A stretch of DNA of 64,000 nucleotides from Vallitalea sp. (GTDB taxonomy: Bacteria > Bacillota > Clostridia > Lachnospirales > Vallitaleaceae). Position 1 is the stretch's first letter, and every line of letters begins with the position of its first letter. The stretch covers positions 3,095 to 67,094 of the forward strand of contig NZ_JAOARO010000068.1 in assembly GCF_025211055.1 (NCBI RefSeq). The letters are read 5' to 3'. The translations under genes were made by a program, and so were the position numbers. Positions 47,510 through 57,944 of this stretch are shown piece after piece. The notes under the pieces are model-generated. The model was not told the origin of the DNA. It saw only the letters and a program-made list of their open reading frames with translations, and ran no database searches.

Positions 47510-48973
47510 ATGTATTTATTACTAAGAGGTCATGATTATGAATATGAAGTCAAAATGCTACTTAATTTATTTTATCATGGGGAAGATTATAATATTGTAG
47601 AAGATATAACCAGGGAAGGTATTACAATTGAGACAGTAGTATGTGAGGATTATTATAAAGCTGCATATTATGAAAATGGTAAAATTATAGAAACTTCTTC
47701 TTTTGACAAGGAGTATATTAAAGAACTACCAATTGAACCTCTAGAAAGAAGAAAACAATCAAAAATGTTGTTGAAGATATTACTTTATAATATAGCTTCA
47801 AAAGTAACAGGTATAAAGCAACCGTGGGGTATATTGACAGGTATAAGACCTACTAAGATAGTATTTGATTTAATAGATAGATACGGTAATGATGAGAATA
47901 AAATTAGATATTGTCTTGAAAATCATTATAAGATATCGCCAATGAAAATTGATTTGATGATGGAAATTGTAAGAAATGAAATGGGGATATTAAGCACTAA
48001 TAAAGATGATGAAATTAATATATATTTAGGGATACCATTTTGTCCTACTAGATGTTTGTATTGTTCTTTTACGTCATATCCAATAGATAAATGGATGTCT
48101 CGTGTTATGGATTATCTGGAAGCTTTGGAAAAGGAAATGGAGTATGTTTCAAAAGAATTATTGGCTAGTAAGAAGGTTAAAACGATTTATGTAGGTGGTG
48201 GTACACCTACATCTCTTAATGCTGAACAGTTGGAAAGGTTTATGATAATGATAGATAAGCATTTTGATGTTGAATCATTGGAAGAATTTACTGTAGAAGC
48301 AGGTAGACCGGATACAATCAATGTGGATAAGTTAGAAGTATTAAAGAGATATGGTGTTACAAGGATTTCAATTAATCCTCAGACCATGAATGATGAGACA
48401 TTAGAGATTATTGGAAGACGGCATACAGTTGAGGATATATATAGTGCTTTTTCTATGGCTAGGAGAGTAGGTTTTGATAACATTAATATGGATTTAATAA
48501 TAGGGCTTCCTGGGGAGAATTTTTTTGATGTAAAGGAGACAATGGAACAGATAAAGAAGTTAAATCCTGAGAGTGTTACAGTTCATATTATGGCAGTGAA
48601 GAGGGCTTCTAGGTTAAAAGAGAGTATTAATAGTTATGATTTGGCTAGTGATAAGATAATTAGAGATATGATTGATATGGTTTATCATGAATGTAAGTTA
48701 GTAGGATTGAATCCATATTATATGTATAGGCAGAAGAATATGGTTGGTAGATATGAGAATGTGGGATATTGTTCAATAGGGAAAGAATGTATATATAATA
48801 TTGAGATCATGGAAGAGGCACAGACTATTATTGCTCTTGGTGCGGGTTCTGTTTGTAAGATTGTATTTAGGGGTGAGAATAGAATTGAGAGGATTGAAAA
48901 TGTTAAAAATGTAGAACAATATATTGAGCGGATTGATGAGATGATTGATAGGAAGAGAAAATTTTTTGGTTGA
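47510..48973 (+). CDS. hemZ: HemZ-type oxygen-independent coproporphyrinogen dehydrogenase-like radical SAM protein
   Basis: CX3CX2C at IPFCPTRCLYCSF, GGGTPTSL motif. Long N-terminal extension typical of HemZ. Confidence 0.8.
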   Translation: MYLLLRGHDYEYEVKMLLNLFYHGEDYNIVEDITREGITIETVVCEDYYKAAYYENGKIIETSSFDKEYIKELPIEPLERRKQSKMLLKILLYNIASKVTGIKQPWGILTGIRPTKIVFDLIDRYGNDENKIRYCLENHYKISPMKIDLMMEIVRNEMGILSTNKDDEINIYLGIPFCPTRCLYCSFTSYPIDKWMSRVMDYLEALEKEMEYVSKELLASKKVKTIYVGGGTPTSLNAEQLERFMIMIDKHFDVESLEEFTVEAGRPDTINVDKLEVLKRYGVTRISINPQTMNDETLEIIGRRHTVEDIYSAFSMARRVGFDNINMDLIIGLPGENFFDVKETMEQIKKLNPESVTVHIMAVKRASRLKESINSYDLASDKIIRDMIDMVYHECKLVGLNPYYMYRQKNMVGRYENVGYCSIGKECIYNIEIMEEAQTIIALGAGSVCKIVFRGENRIERIENVKNVEQYIERIDEMIDRKRKFFG

Positions 48974-49083
48974 AAATATAAATCGTTCAGGTTAAATCAT
49001 TATAGATATATATATCTACTGTGCTAATAATAGTAATAGAAAAATTAAGCTTTGTATTCATAATCTTAGGAGGGTTATATGAT

Positions 49084-50871
49084 ATGTTTAAAAAGAATCT
49101 AGTGATATTTGCAATATTATTTTTTTTAGTTGGTTGTCAAAACCAAAATTTAAGTAATACTGATAAAATAGATAACTCTGATTTAGAAAATGCAGATAAA
49201 ATTGAAGAAGATAAAGAAGTTATTGACGATAATATCTTAGAATACAAGCTAGTATTCAATGAAATAGAAGTAGACCTAAATTCTACTATTACATTCAAGG
49301 AAATTAGTAATATATCAAAGGAAAATTTGAGTATATTAAGAAATGCAATTTTTGCTAAGTATGGTTATGTATTTAGTACTTCCAAATATGATATTTTCTT
49401 TAGAAAGCAAAGTTGGTATGAGCCAGATGAAACAATTACTGATATAAACGTGTTATTAAATGAAAACGATAGGCTTAATATAGACTTAATACTAAAAATA
49501 GAAAAAAACTTCAATGTTTTATCTAATAATTTAACTACTGTTGAACAAAGCTTAGTTGGGTTATGGCATGATTCACCTTATGTTGCAGCTGGATATGGGG
49601 AATTATATACATTTAATAGTGACAGAACTTACTCATTTCATTTTAGTCAGTATATTGGTGATAATAGAATTAGAGCATATATGGGCAAGTGGTTTATACT
49701 AGATAATAAGTTGTATTTGCAACCTATACAAGAGGAGTATTATCAAGGGGGAAAGTTAGTTAAGGCATCCCCATCTATGGTAAGTGAGAATGAATTAACT
49801 GGTGGGAAACTCATTATACAAGATGTCACTGACATAAGCATTGATGAATTGGCCCTTGATTTTAATATTAAAACCGATAAACATGAACCGCTAGCTGTAA
49901 AGTTTGGAGATAAAATATTTTATTATTTATCTGCAGATAGTGAAGAAGAAGTAAAAGAAGAAGTAAAAGAAAAAATAAATGAAGAAGAAATTATAATACA
50001 GGATATAGAAAGCTATAATCATCCAACAAAAGAAGCTCTTGAATATAGAGGATATAAATTATTAAAGATTGAATTAAAAAATAAAACATATCCTATTTAT
50101 TATGTAGAGCATGACCAATTGCATGATATATATTCTTATAACTTAATAAAAGAGATTGCAGAAAAAAATGCTTTTTGGGATTTTAAAATAGTAGATGATA
50201 ATGGATTTATTGAGGTTCAATGTGATAGAAAAACTAAAAGTATATTAAAAACAAAAACAGATAAAGGTGTTACAGATTACACTATCTATAATTTTTCTAA
50301 GTATGAAGGGGAATGGTACGATACTTCATTTATTAATGTTAATGACGGTGTTAATATGATAAAACTACATTTTTTAGAGGATAATAAAAGTGCAATGATA
50401 ACATTAGTTAGCAGTTCAGAGGAAAAGGGTTTGGCAGAAATAAAAACAGAAACTAAATTTGACTATTTTGGGAAAGGAATTTTTTCATTTAATGACGATT
50501 TGTGGGGAAATAAAGGTAGAGGTGAGATATGTATATCAGAAGATACTGTTAGCATTAAAGTTGAAGAAATAGAAAAAACAAATAGTGAAAAAGGATTTTC
50601 ATTAGGATTTGGGAATTATGTCACAAAGAAAGATTATAATGGCATAAAGAAAGCAATGAATATTCTACATAAAGATTATGACTATGAGGACAATCATAAG
50701 GGTTCATATATTCCTAAAACAGATGATAATGATTCAGTGTATTTCGCATATGAAGGTATAGACGAACAAGGAAGATATATAATTGGAGTCAGAAAATGTA
50801 AAGATACAGTCATTGTTGCTTGGTATTATTTTGAACCAGATACACTTGAAGTAGAAGTTGAAGAGATGTAA
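49084..50871 (+). CDS. large lipoprotein with an N-terminal YARHG domain
   Basis: Lipobox FLVGC (MFKKNLVIFAILFFLVGCQN). YARHG-type segment LSILRNAIFAKYGYVFSTSKYDIFFRKQSWY. ATG 49084 follows AGGAGGG. Remainder unrecognised. Confidence 0.7.
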   Translation: MFKKNLVIFAILFFLVGCQNQNLSNTDKIDNSDLENADKIEEDKEVIDDNILEYKLVFNEIEVDLNSTITFKEISNISKENLSILRNAIFAKYGYVFSTSKYDIFFRKQSWYEPDETITDINVLLNENDRLNIDLILKIEKNFNVLSNNLTTVEQSLVGLWHDSPYVAAGYGELYTFNSDRTYSFHFSQYIGDNRIRAYMGKWFILDNKLYLQPIQEEYYQGGKLVKASPSMVSENELTGGKLIIQDVTDISIDELALDFNIKTDKHEPLAVKFGDKIFYYLSADSEEEVKEEVKEKINEEEIIIQDIESYNHPTKEALEYRGYKLLKIELKNKTYPIYYVEHDQLHDIYSYNLIKEIAEKNAFWDFKIVDDNGFIEVQCDRKTKSILKTKTDKGVTDYTIYNFSKYEGEWYDTSFINVNDGVNMIKLHFLEDNKSAMITLVSSSEEKGLAEIKTETKFDYFGKGIFSFNDDLWGNKGRGEICISEDTVSIKVEEIEKTNSEKGFSLGFGNYVTKKDYNGIKKAMNILHKDYDYEDNHKGSYIPKTDDNDSVYFAYEGIDEQGRYIIGVRKCKDTVIVAWYYFEPDTLEVEVEEM

Positions 50872-50948
50872 GTATTTCTATACCTATTAATCATGAATTA
50901 TAAGCTACGCTTACTAACTTAATAAATATTAAAATATTAATTTAAATA

Positions 50949-50977
50949 TTTACAAACATAATAAAATATGTTATAAT
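50949..50977 (+). promoter_or_regulatory. near-consensus extended -10 promoter of the trp leader
   Basis: TTTACA (50949-50954), 17-nt spacer ending in TGT, TATAAT (50972-50977). Confidence 0.6.
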
Positions 50978-50983
50978 CTGATA

Positions 50984-51246
50984 AAATATTTTAAAAATCT
51001 GTGATTGGAAAGAGTACTTTTCTGAATTTATTACAGCGAGCCGTCGGTAGGTGTGAGGTACGGTATAGATGATGAATAGGAATGGCTCCATGAGATGCTA
51101 GATGAAAGGTTATGGACTGAGTAGTTGATGCCGGGAACTCCCGTTATTGAGTTAGGATATCGATGTAATTCTGTATCTGAAAATATAGCATAGATTTGAG
51201 TGGTTAACGGTCTTTCGTCTCAACATGACGAGAGTACCGTTTTTTT
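50984..51246 (+). promoter_or_regulatory. T-box riboswitch leader, Trp specifier (UGG)
   Basis: Stem I elements (AGAGTA, AGCGAG, GGTAGGTGTGAGG). Specifier GAAUGGC with UGG at 51083-51085. Antiterminator TTGAG/CTCAA with bulge UGGUUA (51196-51223). Terminator 51207-51240 plus T6. Confidence 0.8.
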
Positions 51247-51295
51247 ATTATTATAAGTTTATTATTAAAATAGACTTATAGATTACTGAATCTAT

Positions 51296-51354
51296 AGTTG
51301 GGTGGCATTAGCGAAAAACCATTTCGTCCCAATAGGGGGTGGAGTGGTTTTTTT
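51296..51354 (+). promoter_or_regulatory. second T-box-like antiterminator/terminator module lacking a Stem I
   Basis: AGTTGGGTGGCATTAGCG (51296-51313). A1 helix TTGGG/CCCAA (51298-51302/51328-51332), inner helix CGAAA/TTTCG (51312-51316/51322-51326). Alternative terminator 51317-51349 (14 bp, 4 G-U) plus T7. Confidence 0.5.
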
Positions 51355-51382
51355 GTATTCAGAATTAAATGGAGGTAGTGTG

Positions 51383-52777
51383 ATGGATAAAATTAAACTA
51401 GTACCTTATGTGGAAACAATTTCAGGAGATACAGAGACACCTATAACGTTGTTTAAGAAATATGTGAAAGATCAGGTAGGTTTTCTCCTTGAGAGTAAAG
51501 AGCAGCCTAAGGGTAGATATTCGTTTTTGTGTATTGATCCTTTTATAGTAATTAAAGCTTTTGAATATCAAGTATTCATTAGTGAAAATGGAGTTGAGAG
51601 AAAGGAAGAAGGTAGGGCACTTGATATTGTTAAATCATATTTAGAGAGATACGATTTGATTAATACAACTAATATTCCGTTTATAGGAGGAGCTGTAGGT
51701 ACTGTTGGGTATGACATTATAAGACAATATGAATATCTACCAAATGAAAATAATGACAAGGTAAAGTTACCAGATTTACATATGATGTTTGTTAAAGAAT
51801 TGATTGCGTATGATCATTTTCTTAACAAAATTAATATTATCGTTTTGGAAAAAGAGGATGAAATGTCAAGTTTAAGAGCTAATAAGAAGATTAATATTAT
51901 AAAAAATAATCTACAGAAAAATATCAAATGTAATGAGAGATGCAACAATAGAGTAAAGGTTTCATTTCATAGTCATAGTACACAGGAAGAATTTGAGGAT
52001 GCAGTGAAAAGGGCTAAGGAATATATTTACGAGGGAGACATTTTTCAAGTGGTTATTTCTAGAAGATGGAGTGGGAAAAGTGAGATACTTCCTTTTGAGC
52101 TGTATAGGAAACTTAGACAAGTTAATCCATCTCCGTATATGTTTTATTTTAATTTTGGTAGTTATAATGTTATAGGTAGTTCTCCAGAAATGCTGGTTGA
52201 ATTGAGAAAAGGGAAAATACTTAATTGTCCAATAGCAGGGACAAGAAAAAGAGGGGTGAATGATAAGGAAGATAAGGAATTGGCTGATGATTTACTGAAT
52301 GATGAAAAAGAAAAGGCAGAACATGTAATGTTGGTTGACCTTGGTAGGAATGATATGGGGAAAGTCTCAAAGATATCTTCTGTTAAAATAAAATCTTTTA
52401 TGCAAGTGCACAAATATTCTCATGTTATGCATCTAGTATCGTTGGTTTGTGGTACAAAAAGGGATGATAAAGATATGTTTGATGTATTAATGAGTTTCCT
52501 TCCAGCGGGTACTTTATCTGGAGCTCCTAAAATAAGAGCTATGGAGATTATTGATGAGTTGGAGAAAGAAAAGAGAGGTATATACGGAGGGGCTATTGGA
52601 TATTTTGGATTTGATGGTGATATGGATATGTGTATTGCTATAAGAACTATGGTAGTTAAGAATGATACATTATATTTACAGGCAGGAGCAGGTATAGTTG
52701 CTGATTCTGACCCAGTTAAAGAATATGAAGAGACTGAGAATAAGGTAAAAGGTTTGATAATAGCTATAAAAAGCTGA
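51383..52777 (+). CDS. trpE: anthranilate synthase component I
   Basis: Chorismate-binding domain motifs (LESKEQ, GDIFQVVISRR, SPEMLV, GGAIGYFGFDGDMDMCIAIRT). ATG 51383 is 7 nt after GGAGG; the track's upstream extension is leader RNA. Confidence 0.92.
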   Translation: MDKIKLVPYVETISGDTETPITLFKKYVKDQVGFLLESKEQPKGRYSFLCIDPFIVIKAFEYQVFISENGVERKEEGRALDIVKSYLERYDLINTTNIPFIGGAVGTVGYDIIRQYEYLPNENNDKVKLPDLHMMFVKELIAYDHFLNKINIIVLEKEDEMSSLRANKKINIIKNNLQKNIKCNERCNNRVKVSFHSHSTQEEFEDAVKRAKEYIYEGDIFQVVISRRWSGKSEILPFELYRKLRQVNPSPYMFYFNFGSYNVIGSSPEMLVELRKGKILNCPIAGTRKRGVNDKEDKELADDLLNDEKEKAEHVMLVDLGRNDMGKVSKISSVKIKSFMQVHKYSHVMHLVSLVCGTKRDDKDMFDVLMSFLPAGTLSGAPKIRAMEIIDELEKEKRGIYGGAIGYFGFDGDMDMCIAIRTMVVKNDTLYLQAGAGIVADSDPVKEYEETENKVKGLIIAIKS

Positions 52778-52803
52778 TAATCGTTATGAAGGAGGACTTA
52801 AAA

Positions 52804-53379
52804 ATGATAATAATTATTGATAACTATGATTCTTTTACTTATAACCTATATCAATATATTGGTGAGTTCATAAAAGATATTAGAGTATATAGAAATGATA
52901 AAATCACTGGAGAAGAAATATTGGAACTTAATCCTGAGAAGGTTATTATTTCACCTGGTCCGGGAATACCTAATAATGCGGGTAACTGCTTAAGTATTAT
53001 TAAAATTATTGCTGGTAAGATACCCATACTAGGTATATGCTTGGGACATCAATGTATTGGTCAAGCTTTTGGGGGAAATATAACTCATGCCAAATCCTTA
53101 TTTCATGGGAAAAGTAGTTTGATTAAACATAATAACAGGTATATTTTTAGAGGTATAAAGAACCCTTTGAAAGTTGCAAGATATCACTCGTTGGCAATTG
53201 AAAAAGGAAGTTTGCCTTTATGTTTAGAAAACATAGCGGCAACAAGTGATGGAGAAATAATGGCTGTTAAACATAAGGAATTAAATATTATTGGATTACA
53301 ATTTCATCCTGAATCTATAATGACAGATGAGGGGAAAAGATTAATTAAAAATTTTGTAGATGAGGAGTGCTGTGTATGA
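52804..53379 (+). CDS. trpG: anthranilate synthase component II (glutamine amidotransferase)
   Basis: IIDNYDSFTYNL, catalytic GICLGHQ, QFHPES. ATG 52804 follows GGAGG. Confidence 0.92.
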   Translation: MIIIIDNYDSFTYNLYQYIGEFIKDIRVYRNDKITGEEILELNPEKVIISPGPGIPNNAGNCLSIIKIIAGKIPILGICLGHQCIGQAFGGNITHAKSLFHGKSSLIKHNNRYIFRGIKNPLKVARYHSLAIEKGSLPLCLENIAATSDGEIMAVKHKELNIIGLQFHPESIMTDEGKRLIKNFVDEECCV

Positions 53380-54389
53380 TAAGAGATGTTGTTAATAAAT
53401 TAAAATTAGGTATTGATTTGTCAGAGGCAGAGATGATGGATTGTGTTGAAAAGATAATGACAGGAGAAGTTAGTGATATATTAATAGCAAGTTTCTTGAC
53501 TGCAATGACTATAAAGGGTGAAACAATAGAGGAGATTACTGGAGGTGCAAAAGTTTTAAGAAGAAAAGCAGTTCCAGTAAACCTTAATGATCTATATACA
53601 GTGGATACATGCGGTACTGGTGGAGATGGGTTTTCAACCTATAATATCTCAACAACAACATCAATAGTGATAGCAGCAGCAGGAATTCCGGTAGTTAAGC
53701 ATGGAAATCGTTCTGTATCAAGTAATTGTGGGAGTGCAGATGTGCTAGAGAGATTGGGCATTAATATTGACCTTACTCCTAAACAGTCAGAATTAATGGT
53801 AAGGGATATTGGTATATGCTTTCTATTTGCTCCTAAGTATCATCAAACCATGAAATATGTTGCACCAGTTAGAAGGGACTTAGGATTTCGAACAATATTT
53901 AATATATTAGGTCCATTGGCTAATCCTGCAAAAGCGAATGCACAGATAGTTGGTGTCTATGATGAAAATATGATGAATAAGATTGCTCATGTATTAAGTA
54001 ATCTAGGAGTTGAAAGAGCCTTAGTTGTTCATGGAAAAGATGGTTTAGATGAATTGACTATTACATGTGATAGTAAAGTCACAGAACTAAATAATAAGAG
54101 TATAAAAACCTATGAAATAAATCCACGTATGTATGGGATAGAAAAAGCCAAGATGAAGGATATTACTGGAGGTACAGCTCAGGAGAATGCAGAGATAATA
54201 AGGAAATTGTTAGATGGAAAAAAAGGGGCTAAGAGGAATATATTAGTTCTTAATGCAGGAGCTGCCATCTATGTTGCAGGAAAAGCAGATTCTCTTGAAA
54301 AAGGAATAAATATTGCAGGAGAAATTATAGATTCAGGAAAAGCAAGATTAAAATTAGAAGAATTTATTAGATATTCAAATAGTTTTTAG
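53376..54389 (+). CDS. trpD: anthranilate phosphoribosyltransferase
   Basis: DTCGTGGDG and KHGNRSVSSNCGSADVLE motifs. ATGA start/stop overlap with trpG. Confidence 0.92.
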   Translation: MIRDVVNKLKLGIDLSEAEMMDCVEKIMTGEVSDILIASFLTAMTIKGETIEEITGGAKVLRRKAVPVNLNDLYTVDTCGTGGDGFSTYNISTTTSIVIAAAGIPVVKHGNRSVSSNCGSADVLERLGINIDLTPKQSELMVRDIGICFLFAPKYHQTMKYVAPVRRDLGFRTIFNILGPLANPAKANAQIVGVYDENMMNKIAHVLSNLGVERALVVHGKDGLDELTITCDSKVTELNNKSIKTYEINPRMYGIEKAKMKDITGGTAQENAEIIRKLLDGKKGAKRNILVLNAGAAIYVAGKADSLEKGINIAGEIIDSGKARLKLEEFIRYSNSF

Positions 54390-54401
54390 AGAGGTGATGA
54401 A

Positions 54402-55187
54402 ATGAGAGATAGAATATACCTAGAAGACATTATAAAAATGAAGAAAAAGAGGATTATCGGTAAAAATTATGATATCCATACATTATTACAAAAGATTAGT
54501 AAAGTTAAGACCAGACCATCATTTTATGACGCTATGAAAAAAGAAGGTCTATCAATTATTGGTGAAATAAAAAAAGCTTCTCCATCAAAAGGCTTAATAA
54601 AAGAAGATTTTAACCCTATAGCTTTGTCCAGTATATATAATGATTCAGTTGATGCAATCTCTGTACTTACTGAAGAAGATTATTTTCTAGGAAGAGACAG
54701 TTATCTTAAGGAGGTAAGTGAAAATGTAGATATACCAACTCTTTGTAAAGATTTCATTATTGATAAGAATCAAATATATAATGCTAAATTATTAGGTGCA
54801 AGCTGTGTGTTACTTATTGTAGCTATATTAGATAAAGAAAGGCTTAATGAATTTATAACTATCGTTCATGGACTATCAATGGATGCCTTAGTGGAAGTTC
54901 ATTCAAAAGATGAAATAGAAAAAGCGTTAGATGCAGGAGCTAAGATTATAGGAATAAATAATAGAGACCTTAAGACATTCAAAACTGATATAAAAACTAC
55001 TTTACAGTTAAGAGATTATATTACTGATGGTTGTTTGGTTATTAGTGAAAGTGGTATTGATAGATTGAATTATATGAAAGATTTGAAGAAAGCCAATGTA
55101 GATGGAATATTAGTAGGTGAAACTTTTATGAGATGTGATGACATAGGAAAAATGGCTAAGGAGATGCGACTTGTATATGACACCTGA
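54402..55187 (+). CDS. trpC: indole-3-glycerol phosphate synthase
   Basis: IGEIKKASPSKG, CKDFIID, INNRDL, ESGI motifs. Confidence 0.92.
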   Translation: MRDRIYLEDIIKMKKKRIIGKNYDIHTLLQKISKVKTRPSFYDAMKKEGLSIIGEIKKASPSKGLIKEDFNPIALSSIYNDSVDAISVLTEEDYFLGRDSYLKEVSENVDIPTLCKDFIIDKNQIYNAKLLGASCVLLIVAILDKERLNEFITIVHGLSMDALVEVHSKDEIEKALDAGAKIIGINNRDLKTFKTDIKTTLQLRDYITDGCLVISESGIDRLNYMKDLKKANVDGILVGETFMRCDDIGKMAKEMRLVYDT

Positions 55188-55803
55188 TATAAAGATTTGT
55201 GGAATAAAAAATATAGAAGAAATTAAGATAATCAACAAATACCCTGTAAGCTATGTAGGTTTTATATTTGCAGATAGTAAAAGAAAAGTTACAGAGGACA
55301 AAGTAATAGAACTTAGTAAACACATTAGAGAAGATATTAAGGTTGTTGGGGTATTCGTTAATGAAAATGTTGAATATGTTAATAGATTAGTACATTCATG
55401 TAGGTTGGATATAGTACAGCTTCATGGAAACGAAAGTAACGAGTATTGTAAAAATATATGTTGTAAAGTATGGAAGAGTATAGCTGTTAGTGATGAGAGT
55501 AGCATAAGAATCATTGATTATTATAAGGATGTTGATGGTATTTTATTAGATACTTATCATAATGGAAAAAGCGGTGGTACAGGGAAAGCTTTCAGTTGGG
55601 AATTGGTGAAGAAAATTTCTAAGAGTAATCAGATAGTATTAGCAGGAGGTTTAACACCTGATAATATAGTGAAAGCAATTAATATAGTAAAACCTCAGAT
55701 TATTGATGTTAATTCAGGTGTAGAAACTAACTTTAACAAAAATGAAAATAAGATAAGACAGTTATTTATTAGATTACAAGAGTACAGGAGGAAGAATGAA
55801 TGA
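55177..55803 (+). CDS. trpF: phosphoribosylanthranilate isomerase
   Basis: IKICGI N-terminus, [20 protein letters not shown] 55177 overlaps the trpC end. Confidence 0.9.
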   Translation: MTPDIKICGIKNIEEIKIINKYPVSYVGFIFADSKRKVTEDKVIELSKHIREDIKVVGVFVNENVEYVNRLVHSCRLDIVQLHGNESNEYCKNICCKVWKSIAVSDESSIRIIDYYKDVDGILLDTYHNGKSGGTGKAFSWELVKKISKSNQIVLAGGLTPDNIVKAINIVKPQIIDVNSGVETNFNKNENKIRQLFIRLQEYRRKNE

Positions 55804-56972
55804 AAAGAAAATTTGGTGATTTCGGAGGACAATATGTTCCTGAAACATTGATGTATCCCCTAAAAGAACTGGAAGAGGCTTATGAGAAATATAAAATAGA
55901 TGAAGAATTTATTAATGAGTACAAGTATTATCTTAAGGAATACGTTGGAAGACAGTCACCTTTGTATTATGCGGAGACATTAACTAATTATCTAGGAGGT
56001 GCTAAGGTCTATCTAAAAAGAGAAGATCTTAATCATACGGGAGCCCATAAAATCAATAATGTCATTGGTCAACTTCTACTAGCAAAAAGAATGGGTAAAA
56101 CTAAGGTTATAGCAGAGACAGGAGCAGGGCAGCATGGTGTTGCAACTGCAACAGGAGCTGCTTTATTCGGTATGGAATGTTCTGTTTTTATGGGTAAAGA
56201 GGATATAAGAAGACAAAAACTCAATGTTTTCAAGATGGAGCTTTTGGGAGCAAAAGTACAGCCGGTAGTATCTGGTACAGGTACATTGAAAGATGCTACT
56301 AATGAAGCAATAAGAGAATGGGTTAGATTGGTTGAAGATACTTTCTATGTAATCGGTTCAGTAGTAGGACCACATCCATATCCAACAATGGTTAGGGATT
56401 TTCAGAGAATAATTGGTGATGAAGCTAGACAGCAGATATTAGCAAAAGAAAATAAACTACCAGATACAGTAATAGCGTGTATTGGTGGAGGAAGTAATGC
56501 AGCAGGTATATTTTATCCGTTTATAGATGATAAGGAAGTATCGCTAATAGGAGTTGAAGCAGGAGGAGAAGGTATTGGTAGTGGAAAACATGCTGCGGTG
56601 CTATCTGATGGTGCAGATGGAAAAGTTGGAGTTCTACATGGTATGAAAACATATCTATTGACTGATGATGATGGAAATATAAAACCAGCTTTTTCTATAT
56701 CAGCAGGACTAGATTACCCAGGAACTGGACCTGAACATTCATTTTTACATAATACTGGTAGAGCCAAATACGAAGCTGTAACTGACCAAGAAGCTGTACA
56801 AGCGTTCAAGTTATTATCCGAAACAGAAGGTATCATACCAGCTCTAGAAAGTTCGCATGCAGTTGCATATGCATTAAAAATTGTACCAAAGATGGCAAAA
56901 GATGAAGTCGTCATTATTAATATATCTGGGAGAGGGGATAAAGATGTACAAACAATTCTAAATTTCATATAA
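55800..56972 (+). CDS. trpB: tryptophan synthase beta chain
   Basis: [16 protein letters not shown] lysine region [23 protein letters not shown] overlap with trpF. Confidence 0.95.
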   Translation: MKRKFGDFGGQYVPETLMYPLKELEEAYEKYKIDEEFINEYKYYLKEYVGRQSPLYYAETLTNYLGGAKVYLKREDLNHTGAHKINNVIGQLLLAKRMGKTKVIAETGAGQHGVATATGAALFGMECSVFMGKEDIRRQKLNVFKMELLGAKVQPVVSGTGTLKDATNEAIREWVRLVEDTFYVIGSVVGPHPYPTMVRDFQRIIGDEARQQILAKENKLPDTVIACIGGGSNAAGIFYPFIDDKEVSLIGVEAGGEGIGSGKHAAVLSDGADGKVGVLHGMKTYLLTDDDGNIKPAFSISAGLDYPGTGPEHSFLHNTGRAKYEAVTDQEAVQAFKLLSETEGIIPALESSHAVAYALKIVPKMAKDEVVIINISGRGDKDVQTILNFI

Positions 56973-57044
56973 ATGATTTGAAAGCACAAATTCTCTGGTG
57001 TTTTATACTAAGTAATATAATAACAAATAATGGAGTTGATAGTA

Positions 57045-57818
57045 ATGAATAGAATAACCAAAAAATTTCAACAATTACAATCTAAGAATAAAAAGGCTTT
57101 TATAGGGTATCTAACAGCAGGTGACCCTAGTATAGAAAAAACAGAAAAATTTGTTTATGCTTTAGAAAAAGGAGGAGCAGATATTATTGAATTAGGGATA
57201 CCTTTTTCTGACCCTTTAGCAGATGGGCCTGTAATACAAGATGCAGGACTGAGAGCATTGAATGCAGGTGTGACAGTTGACAAAATAATGGATTTAGTCA
57301 AGAACATAAGAAAAAACACTGAGATTCCTCTTTTGTTTTTAGTTTATTACAATACTATTCTAATATATGGAAAGGAAAAGTTCATAAGAACTTGTGAAGA
57401 AATAGGTATCGATGGATTAATAATACCTGATTTACCTCTTGAAGAAAGAGATGAGTTAGAAGAAATAATGGATTATGAAAAAATATGTTTAATACCTCTA
57501 GTTGCACCAACATCAAAAGATAGAATCAAAAAGATAATTGAGGGATGTAACGGTTTTGTATATTGCGTATCTTCTTTAGGAGTAACAGGTGGAAAATCTA
57601 ATTTTTATTTGGATATTAAATCATATCTACAAGATGTAAAAGAAAATTCAGGTCTACCAATAGCTGTAGGATTTGGTATTTCTTGCAGGGATGATATAAA
57701 AAGATTAGAAGATCATGTTGATGGTGTTATAGTAGGTTCTGCTATAGTAAGAGAAATTAAACGCTCAAAAGGGGATCCAATAGTTTTAAAAGAATATATT
57801 AAGAGTTTGACTCAATAA
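57045..57818 (+). CDS. trpA: tryptophan synthase alpha chain
   Basis: AGDPS, ELGIPFSDPLADGPVIQ, GFGIS motifs. ATG 57045 (MNRITK) preferred over 57030. Confidence 0.92.
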   Translation: MNRITKKFQQLQSKNKKAFIGYLTAGDPSIEKTEKFVYALEKGGADIIELGIPFSDPLADGPVIQDAGLRALNAGVTVDKIMDLVKNIRKNTEIPLLFLVYYNTILIYGKEKFIRTCEEIGIDGLIIPDLPLEERDELEEIMDYEKICLIPLVAPTSKDRIKKIIEGCNGFVYCVSSLGVTGGKSNFYLDIKSYLQDVKENSGLPIAVGFGISCRDDIKRLEDHVDGVIVGSAIVREIKRSKGDPIVLKEYIKSLTQ

Positions 57819-57944
57819 TCAATATAGAATAATAATATATCATAAGATAATGGGTCAATTTAAAGGAAAATATTAAAAAGTACTTGACAAATCGTTAATA
57901 AACGAATAAACTGTAAGAAACTATTTTACTAAGAAGATATCAAT

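Noticed and set aside
51302-51382. N-terminal extension of trpE in the ORF track (GTG start, MALAKNHFVPIGGGVVFLYSELNGGSV).
   Set aside because: This stretch is the second antiterminator/terminator RNA structure. A GGAGG SD and ATG at 51383 give a normal TrpE N-terminus.
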